NCBI GenBank assembly: GCA_030156305.1
Contig: JASGMZ010000003.1
Span: forward strand, 1 to 36,415
DNA: 36,415 nt
Direction of reading: 5' to 3'
Origin: Bacteroidales bacterium
Lineage (GTDB): Bacteria; Bacteroidota; Bacteroidia; Bacteroidales; UBA12077
Position 1 is the first letter of the stretch. Each line of letters starts with the position of its first letter. The position numbers and the translations under genes are program-made. The notes under the pieces were generated by a model, which did no database searches, was not told the origin of the DNA, and saw only the letters and a list, made by a program, of their open reading frames with translations. Below are positions 18,665 through 24,995 of this stretch, piece by piece.

Positions 18665-19416
18665 TTGAGTTACAAAATATTTCCAAATCTTTTGATGGTA
18701 TCGAGGTAATTAAAGATATTAATATTGTTTTTGAGAAAGGGAAAACCAATTTAATTATCGGACAAAGTGGCTCGGGAAAAACTGTATTGTTGAAATCAAT
18801 TGTAGGACTTCTTGATATTGATAAAGGAAATATCCTATACGATGATATCGTATTTAATACATTGAATTTTGAAGACAAAAAACAGCTGAGGCAAAAGATG
18901 GGAATGCTATTTCAAGGGGGAGCTTTATTTGATTCTAATACAGTGGAAGAAAATGTAATGTTTCCATTGGATATGTTAACCAATATGAGTTTTGATGAAA
19001 AAAGAGACCGGGCAAATGAATGTCTAAAAAGGGTTAATATTATTAATGCAAATCACTTATATCCCGACGAAATTAGTGGAGGAATGAAAAAAAGAGTGGC
19101 CATTGCACGAGCAATTGCATTAAACCCCAAATATTTGTTCTGTGATGAACCAAACTCCGGATTAGACCCTAAAACTGCTATTTTAATTGACAACCTCATT
19201 AAAGAAATCACGATAGAATATGATATGACAACTGTCGTAAATACACATGACATGAATTCTGTAATGGAAATTGGAGACAAAGTAATGTTTATTCATAACG
19301 GAGAGAATTGGTGGGAAGGAACTCGTGATGAGATTTTTAATACCGAAAATGAAGAGTTGAATAGTTTTATTTTTGCTTCTAAACTATCACGAAAAATCAG
19401 AGACTTAGAAAAATAG
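18661..19416 (+). CDS. ABC transporter ATP-binding protein (MlaF-like)
   Basis: Walker A GQSGSGKT, signature ISGGMKKR, Walker B LFCDEP. Overlaps the permease gene by 4 nt. Confidence 0.9.
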   Translation: MIELQNISKSFDGIEVIKDINIVFEKGKTNLIIGQSGSGKTVLLKSIVGLLDIDKGNILYDDIVFNTLNFEDKKQLRQKMGMLFQGGALFDSNTVEENVMFPLDMLTNMSFDEKRDRANECLKRVNIINANHLYPDEISGGMKKRVAIARAIALNPKYLFCDEPNSGLDPKTAILIDNLIKEITIEYDMTTVVNTHDMNSVMEIGDKVMFIHNGENWWEGTRDEIFNTENEELNSFIFASKLSRKIRDLEK

Positions 19417-19417
19417 A

Positions 19418-20113
19418 TTATCCCAGGACATAAATTTTTTGCAATCTGTCTATATCATTAATTTCAATACTTTTACCTTCGATTTGTATTAACCCATCTT
19501 TTCTAAATTCTGAAAGCGCTCTTATTACATTTTCTGTACTCATATCAATTAAATCTGCAATTTCTTTACGACTAATGGGAAGATTAAATTTCTTTGCATT
19601 ATATATGTTTTGTGCAAAAAACAAAAGTATATAAGCAATTCTCCCTCTTAACTGACGGGTATTAATATCTACTCTTGTTTTGATAATCGAATCGGATAGA
19701 TTGCTTATTTTTTCAAAAAAATCTAACGCAAAATTGCCATTAGTTTTAATAAAGTTTTTAATAATATCTAAATCTATAAAACAAATAATAGAATCTTCAA
19801 TAGCTGTAATGGAATAGGTGTGATTCTTGTTCGAGAAAATGCTTAACAAACCAATAAAATCTTTGGGCTTAGCTATACTAATAATGTGCTCTTTATGATT
19901 AGGTTCAGTTTTGAATAATTTTACCAGGCCGTTTTGCAAGTATAAAAATGAATGCACCGGCTCCCCTTCGATATATATATTTTCTCCTTTACGATAGAAT
20001 TTCTCTACTTTTTTTTCATTGATTAATTTCAGTTCGTCCGAAGTTAATTTCTTAAATGCCCATGATCGATAAGCACAGTTTTTACAGTTACTTACATTCT
20101 TTACTATTTCCAT
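19418..20113 (-). CDS. Crp/Fnr-family transcriptional regulator with an FNR-like N-terminal CxxC
   Basis: cNMP-binding-like beta-roll (FYRKGENIYIEGEP...) and a C-terminal HTH ISRKEIADLIDMSTENVIRALSEF that keeps the Glu and Arg of the FNR E--SR recognition motif. Cys residues at 10, 13 and 111. Confidence 0.9.
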   Translation of the reverse strand: MEIVKNVSNCKNCAYRSWAFKKLTSDELKLINEKKVEKFYRKGENIYIEGEPVHSFLYLQNGLVKLFKTEPNHKEHIISIAKPKDFIGLLSIFSNKNHTYSITAIEDSIICFIDLDIIKNFIKTNGNFALDFFEKISNLSDSIIKTRVDINTRQLRGRIAYILLFFAQNIYNAKKFNLPISRKEIADLIDMSTENVIRALSEFRKDGLIQIEGKSIEINDIDRLQKIYVLG

Positions 20114-20134
20114 TGAAAACGTATTTATTTTAAC

Positions 20135-20162
20135 TGATATATATCATTAATGATATATATCA
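20135..20162. promoter_or_regulatory. Two tandem perfect FNR/CRP-type palindromes TGATATATATCA (20135-20146 and 20151-20162)
   Basis: Each 12-mer equals its own reverse complement and has the TGAT-N4-ATCA core of TTGAT-N4-ATCAA. They lie in the divergent intergenic region between the Crp/Fnr gene and the sulfur operon. Confidence 0.6.
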
Positions 20163-20192
20163 TAATATATAATTATATTAATATATTAATAT

Positions 20193-20210
20193 CTGTTATT
20201 TTTGTAACAG
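20193..20210 (+). promoter_or_regulatory. Candidate -7 promoter box TATTTTTG (20197-20204) embedded in the inverted repeat CTGTTA-N6-TAACAG
   Basis: The TAnnTTTG match ends 48 nt upstream of ATG 20252, and I see no TTG -33 element. The arms CTGTTA (20193-20198) and TAACAG (20205-20210) are exact reverse complements. Confidence 0.4.
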
Positions 20211-20251
20211 TTAAAAATTCATGCATAAAAGTAATACAAAAAATATCTAAA

Positions 20252-21481
20252 ATGAAAAAGATTTTAATATTAGGAGCCGGTACCGGAGGTACAATAATGG
20301 CTAATAAGTTAAGAAAAGCACTTGATAGAGAAGAATGGGATATAACCATTGTGGATAAACAGCAAACGCACTACTATCAACCGGGTTTTTTATTTATTCC
20401 TTTTGGCATTTACAATAAACAGGATGTTATTAAACCTAAAGCAAATTTTATCCCCTCCGGGGTAAATATCATTTTTAATGATGTGGATAAGATTGTTCCT
20501 GAAGAAAATAAAGTTCTTTTAACAGGAGGAAAAGTTTTAGCTTATGATTATTTAATTGTAGCAACAGGAACACGACCATTTCCTGATGAAACTCCTGGGT
20601 TGAAAGATGAATTATGGTATAAAGAAATTTTTGACTTTTACACCATCGAAGGAGCGGTAGCTTTAAAAGAATTTTTCGAAACCTGGCAGGGTGGCCGTTT
20701 AGTAATGAATATTGCTGAAATGCCTTATAAATGTCCGGTTGCCCCACTTGAGTTTGTGTTTTTGGCTGATGAGTATTTTACAAAAATTGGCATTCGGGAT
20801 AAAGTTGATATTTCCTATGTTACTCCTTTACCTGGCGCTTTTACCAAACCCAGAGCTACAAAAATGTTGGGTGCTCTTTTAGAAGAAAAAAATATAGAAG
20901 TTATTCCAGATTTTTACTTAGAGAGTGTAGATAATAAAGAGAAAAAAATTAAATCATACGATGGGAAAGAAATTCCGTTTGATGTACTCACAATTGTTCC
21001 GGTTAACAAAGGAGATGAAATGATTGAACGAAGTGGTATGGGTGATGATTTGAATTTTATTCCTACGGACAAATATACACTGCAATCTGAAAAGCATGAA
21101 AATATTTTTGTTTTAGGTGATGCATCCAATATCCCAACTTCTAAAGCGGGTTCTGTAGCTCACTTTGCATCCGATGTTTTGTTCGATAACATAATGTGTG
21201 CTATTAAGGGACGCAGGTTAAGAGCTAAATTTGATGGACATGCCAATTGTTATATCGAAACAGGTTTTGGGAAAGGTTCATTGATTGATTTTAATTATGA
21301 AACAGAACCACTTCCAGGAACCTATCCGCTTCCTGGAATAGGACCCTTTGGATTGCTACAGAATACAAAAATGAATCATTACGGAAAAGTTGTTTTCCGA
21401 TGGATGTACTGGCATATGTTGCTCAAAGGAAAAGAATTACCGATTGAGAGCGAGATGACAATGGCCGGTAAGAAAAAATAA
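20252..21481 (+). CDS. FAD-dependent pyridine nucleotide-disulfide oxidoreductase, sulfide:quinone oxidoreductase (SQR)-like
   Basis: Starts MKKILILGAGTGGT (Rossmann fold). Has Cys in YKCPVAPLE, a second Cys in GHANCYIETG, and the FAD motif FVLGDAS. The listed ORF start at 20150 adds 34 low-complexity codons that overlap the regulatory palindromes, so I use ATG 20252. Confidence 0.8.
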   Translation: MKKILILGAGTGGTIMANKLRKALDREEWDITIVDKQQTHYYQPGFLFIPFGIYNKQDVIKPKANFIPSGVNIIFNDVDKIVPEENKVLLTGGKVLAYDYLIVATGTRPFPDETPGLKDELWYKEIFDFYTIEGAVALKEFFETWQGGRLVMNIAEMPYKCPVAPLEFVFLADEYFTKIGIRDKVDISYVTPLPGAFTKPRATKMLGALLEEKNIEVIPDFYLESVDNKEKKIKSYDGKEIPFDVLTIVPVNKGDEMIERSGMGDDLNFIPTDKYTLQSEKHENIFVLGDASNIPTSKAGSVAHFASDVLFDNIMCAIKGRRLRAKFDGHANCYIETGFGKGSLIDFNYETEPLPGTYPLPGIGPFGLLQNTKMNHYGKVVFRWMYWHMLLKGKELPIESEMTMAGKKK

Positions 21482-21502
21482 TAATCGATAAATTATTAAG
21501 TA

Positions 21503-22072
21503 ATGGAAACCAAAACAGAAGATGTTCAGGTACAAATAAATGAAATCAATCAAAAGCTTGATTTGTTGCTCAACTATGTTAATAATCAACGGTTAAAAAG
21601 CGAAACGATTGAAGATTTGGTATCTGACGTTTCAATAATAAGCCAAGATGCCTTTACAAGTATTGTATATGAGCTTGATAAACAGGGAATAGAGCTTAAT
21701 GTTGATGATATAAAAAACCTGGTATATAAACTTTTAAGAAATGTAGATAACTTCTCTCAGGTAATGGATATGTTTGAGAGTGTTACTGATTTATTAAAAG
21801 AGGCAGGCCCAATGGTTACCGAAATGGGAATTGATTTTACATATAAATTGCACGAACTAGAGCAAAAAGGATATTTTGAATTAGTTAAAGAGATGGGAAC
21901 AGTCGCCGACAATGCTGTTGTAGCTCTTCGGAAAACAAATGTTGATTCCAATAAGAAATACTCCTTATTTAAGATTATGCGTGAATTTAATAGCCCGGAA
22001 GTAAAACGAGCATTGGGATTTTTGCTTGAATTTTTAAAAAATTTTTCAAAAGAGACTGATAATAATAAATAA
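21503..22072 (+). CDS. DUF1641-type small protein (usual partner of SQR/NADH-dehydrogenase-like flavoproteins)
   Basis: 189 aa helical protein. The C-terminal segment SPEVKRALGFLLEFLKNF resembles the DUF1641 signature as I recall it. It sits 21 nt after the flavoprotein gene. Confidence 0.6.
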   Translation: METKTEDVQVQINEINQKLDLLLNYVNNQRLKSETIEDLVSDVSIISQDAFTSIVYELDKQGIELNVDDIKNLVYKLLRNVDNFSQVMDMFESVTDLLKEAGPMVTEMGIDFTYKLHELEQKGYFELVKEMGTVADNAVVALRKTNVDSNKKYSLFKIMREFNSPEVKRALGFLLEFLKNFSKETDNNK

Positions 22073-22095
22073 TAACCATTAAAAAACATAATATT

Positions 22096-22401
22096 ATGGC
22101 ACAAAAAACAATAGCAGGTGTTAACCTGGAAGTAACAGAAGATGGATACTTAGAAGATTCTACCCAATGGAATGAAGAAATTGCAAAAGAAATTGCAAAA
22201 GAAGAAGGAATTGAACTTACCGATAAACATTTTGAGGTGATCAATTTTATTCGCGAAAATGCCGATGCCGGATTAACCATCCGTAAAGTAGGAAAGTCAG
22301 GAATTGTTGATATTAAAGGTTTTTATGAATTATTTCCGGGAGGGCCTTTAAAAATTGCTTCAAAAATTGCCGGAATAAAAAAACCAACAAGTTGCGTTTA
22401 A
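22096..22401 (+). CDS. TusE/DsrC-family sulfur-relay protein (single-Cys, TusE-type)
   Basis: 101 aa. The C-terminus FPGGPLKIASKIAGIKKPTSCV can be compared with the DsrC consensus ...ACKIAGLPKPTGCV. The penultimate Cys is present, and Ser replaces the upstream Cys. Confidence 0.85.
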   Translation: MAQKTIAGVNLEVTEDGYLEDSTQWNEEIAKEIAKEEGIELTDKHFEVINFIRENADAGLTIRKVGKSGIVDIKGFYELFPGGPLKIASKIAGIKKPTSCV

Positions 22402-22417
22402 TAAAAAATAATTAGCT

Positions 22418-22921
22418 ATGGCAGAAAAAAAAGATACACAAGTTAAGAAAGTAGCCATTATTTGTGCAAAAGCATCCCTCGAGGATGTTTATGCTTCATT
22501 GGTACTGGCTAACGGAGCCGTGATGGAAGGTATGGAAGCAAAGATTTTCTTTACTTTCTTCGGGCTTGATGCGATTACGAAAAAGCATATGAAAAAGCTT
22601 CATACTGCTTCTGTCGGTAATCCGGGAATGCGGATGCCGGGAGGATTACCTTTTCCAACGCTGTTGGGAGCATTACCCGGCGTGGAAGCAGGAGTATCTG
22701 CAATGATGCGTAAACAGATGGATGATATAGATGTTCCTCCGGTAGATGAATTTTTGGACATGATAACAGCAGGTGGTGGCGAAATTTATGCCTGCAAACT
22801 TGCCGTGGATATGTTTAAACTAAAAAAAGAAGATCTAAGCGATCATGTTATTGATATTATTACCATTGGTGATTTTTATGCAATGGCTGGTGGCGAAGGT
22901 TCGCAAATTATTTTTACCTAG
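22418..22921 (+). CDS. DsrE/DsrF/DrsH-like family protein (sulfur-transferase fold)
   Basis: 167 aa. N-terminal KKVAIICAKASLEDVYASLVLANGA, then the conserved Cys context GEIYACKLAVDMF. Last gene of the operon. Confidence 0.75.
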   Translation: MAEKKDTQVKKVAIICAKASLEDVYASLVLANGAVMEGMEAKIFFTFFGLDAITKKHMKKLHTASVGNPGMRMPGGLPFPTLLGALPGVEAGVSAMMRKQMDDIDVPPVDEFLDMITAGGGEIYACKLAVDMFKLKKEDLSDHVIDIITIGDFYAMAGGEGSQIIFT

Positions 22922-22944
22922 TAAGGTTTGATAATATTAATCTA

Positions 22945-22976
22945 AAAGCCGGCCCATAATTTATGGGCCGGCTTTC
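22945..22976. terminator. Strong bidirectional Rho-independent terminator
   Basis: AAAA-AGCCGGCCCAT-aattt-ATGGGCCGGCT-TTCTTTC. An 11-bp GC-rich stem lies between the convergent DsrE-like gene (+) and the porin-like ORF (-). Confidence 0.85.
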
Positions 22977-23000
22977 TTTCTTTTAGTATGCTTTATTCGT

Positions 23001-23414
23001 TTAATTTTTCCCAAATTTTAAATCAAGACCTAAAGCAATAAATAGGTTATCTTTATCATATTCTTCCTTTGTTGTAATAGTTCCTCCTAAAGGATTAGAA
23101 GCATCATATATTTTTCGGGCATCGTTATAAATAGTGTATCCAACGGCTAAATTTAATTTGATTCCGGGTTTAATTGCATATCCTCCACCCAAACCAATAG
23201 AATTGGAATGGTTGCTATAGCTCAAATCTGTTTGATAATCTTCAGTTACACCTGTTTGCGTAAGTAAATATCCAATGCTTAATAATAGTTTTTCTGAAAC
23301 ATCATATTCAAAGCCTAAAGCAAATTCGGTAGAATTACGGTCGATTAATTCATCGTTATCTACATAAACGCCATTTAGTTTCTTTCCATAATTTGCATTT
23401 TTATCAAAATACAT
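23001..23414 (-). CDS. Porin-like outer-membrane beta-barrel C-terminal fragment (probably truncated or a pseudogene)
   Basis: Alternating amphipathic strands (FALGFEYDV, LLLSIGYLL, IGLGGGYAI, LNLAVGYTIY, LFIALGLDLKF). There is no signal peptide at the listed Met. The frame stays open a further 32 codons upstream, to 23510, without a start codon. Confidence 0.5.
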   Translation of the reverse strand: MYFDKNANYGKKLNGVYVDNDELIDRNSTEFALGFEYDVSEKLLLSIGYLLTQTGVTEDYQTDLSYSNHSNSIGLGGGYAIKPGIKLNLAVGYTIYNDARKIYDASNPLGGTITTKEEYDKDNLFIALGLDLKFGKN

Positions 23415-23510
23415 GTGGAAGCCACTGGCTACGGATAATTTGTCTGTAATTTGATAATCGAACCCTGCAGTTTTAGAAAGCTTATGTTTTGGTAATGATA
23501 AATTTTTAAA

Positions 23511-24995
23511 TTAAAAAGTTGATTTAAGGAGTGGTTTATCCTGGTTCTTTTTATGTTTACAACCAAAAGCAATATTTAATCCAAAACGAAAATTAGCAGA
23601 TGAAGTTTTATGACCCCATAATGCAGCAGAAACATTGTCGGTAACAATATAAAGCTGTAATGGTGCACCTCCAAGTACAAGGCCTAAGCCTATGTTGTTG
23701 TATGTTCCATTCATAATAGAATAGCTTAAGCTGGCAGAAATTCCATTAACGGGGCGAACATTTGCTGATAATGTAAATGCCTGGTTAAAATAGTTATTAT
23801 AAATATATGAACGGGATAAAAAGCTAACATCAAATTTGGGTGAAACAAAATAGGATGCTCCAACATATATTTTAGTTCCAAGACCTGTAGTATAGCTGTT
23901 CGATTGATTAGATATTGTAAAACTGTTTTCCAGGGAGTCCAACGCCTGTTCAAAAGGATCTTCTTCGGACTCTTCCGCACCAATTTCGTCGCTAACATCA
24001 ACTCCTTTAAATGTATAGCTGCCTTTTAATTCAAGGTTTGTTACATCTTTATCCCATTTAATATAACCTAAATCTATAATGCTAAGGGATAATGCCACAT
24101 CATCAAGGGGTTTATAATAAACACCTAAATCAATTCCTAATCCCATATTTTGATGGAGCAGGGCTAAATCGATCAATGAATCGGATTCGGCGTTTTCAAT
24201 ATAAGCAGGAACCTCAAACCCATCAAAGTTACCATCGGCATTGGTTGTTGCAATTAATGGCGATGAAGTGTTTACTATGGCATCTGCATTGAGGTATATT
24301 GAATCCTGACTTGAATAGAAACCCAGGGTGTTATTATGGCTGCTTTCAATGTTTGCATGGCCAAATAATATTTTTCCTCTTATCCCAATAAATAAATTAT
24401 CATTAAGCTCTTTAGCCACACCAATTCCATACTCTCTGTAAAAATTAGCGTTCATTCTTAAATTACTAAAATCTGTAGTTTTATAAATAAAATTTTTGTT
24501 ACCATTTAGGGCAAAATCCATTAAATCTTCCGGATAATTTACTGCCAAAGATTGTTTCTCGGATAAGTTAAATGAGAAATACCAGCTATTCATTCTAAAC
24601 CCAAAAGATAACAGGTCAGTTTGGAAATCCTGAAAGAAAGAATTGTTATTTCCTAGTTTGGATAAAAAATCAGATTTATTAAATTCTGCATCCGGATGAA
24701 GAAAGGTTATCAAAGAGTCCTGGGTAGGATGTTGCATAATAATATCTGATAATGTAAATCGGTTATTGCCAATACCAACTTGAAATGAAGATACTGCAGG
24801 CAAGCCGAAAAAGAAATTGCATTTGGGTTGTATGGCCGGATTCATTTGGTTCGATTGTGGAATTCGGTTTATATAATACAACGTTTGGCTGTTTTGAGCC
24901 ATTCCTGTATTATAATTTGTAATAAAAAATAAACCTGAAATTAAGATGATTATAACTTTGTAAAGTTTCATAGTCTTCATATTATTATAAATCAT
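23511..24995 (-). CDS. Uncharacterised outer-membrane beta-barrel protein
   Basis: Signal peptide ...LISGLFFITNYNTGMA|QNSQ. Mature N-terminus QTLYYINRIPQSNQMNPAIQP. Strand-like periodicity throughout, with a C-terminal beta-signal-like NFRFGLNIAF. Alternative starts at 24980 or 24971 would remove the 11-nt overlap with the upstream gene. Confidence 0.75.
   Translation of the reverse strand: MIYNNMKTMKLYKVIIILISGLFFITNYNTGMAQNSQTLYYINRIPQSNQMNPAIQPKCNFFFGLPAVSSFQVGIGNNRFTLSDIIMQHPTQDSLITFLHPDAEFNKSDFLSKLGNNNSFFQDFQTDLLSFGFRMNSWYFSFNLSEKQSLAVNYPEDLMDFALNGNKNFIYKTTDFSNLRMNANFYREYGIGVAKELNDNLFIGIRGKILFGHANIESSHNNTLGFYSSQDSIYLNADAIVNTSSPLIATTNADGNFDGFEVPAYIENAESDSLIDLALLHQNMGLGIDLGVYYKPLDDVALSLSIIDLGYIKWDKDVTNLELKGSYTFKGVDVSDEIGAEESEEDPFEQALDSLENSFTISNQSNSYTTGLGTKIYVGASYFVSPKFDVSFLSRSYIYNNYFNQAFTLSANVRPVNGISASLSYSIMNGTYNNIGLGLVLGGAPLQLYIVTDNVSAALWGHKTSSANFRFGLNIAFGCKHKKNQDKPLLKSTF

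Noticed and set aside
20150-20251. The 34-codon N-terminal extension of the SQR-like ORF (MIYIIIYNYINILISVIFVTVKNSCIKVIQKISK) given in the ORF track.
   Set aside because: It is a low-complexity translation of the AT-rich intergenic region and overlaps the second FNR-type palindrome and the -7 promoter box. The Rossmann motif must sit at the extreme N-terminus, which it does if ATG 20252 is used (MKKILILGAGTGGT).
21757-22280. Antisense ORFs of 115 and 97 aa overlapping the DUF1641 and TusE genes. The same applies to the other short antisense ORFs in the track, for example 1483-1701, 2426-2641, 3065-3262, 4534-4826, 5550-5738, 6562-6822, 7602-9035, 12755-13257, 13680-13907, 18630-18878, 19053-19280, 20475-21129, 23726-24292, 26821-27077, 30416-31862, 32602-32805, 33762-34606, 35168-35877.
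   Set aside because: All lie fully within genes on the other strand or frame that have strong motif support. They lack recognisable motifs and their composition is typical of antisense translation.
23001-24995. Programmed stop-codon read-through or a sequencing error that would make a single 664-aa fusion of the 494-aa barrel and the downstream porin-like ORF, since the two share a frame across one TAA.
   Set aside because: The 494-aa protein already ends with a beta-signal-like terminal strand (NFRFGLNIAF). The about 50-codon linker is basic and low-complexity, like translated AT-rich spacer. An open stretch of 32 codons is not very improbable by chance. I report it as a likely truncation remnant instead.
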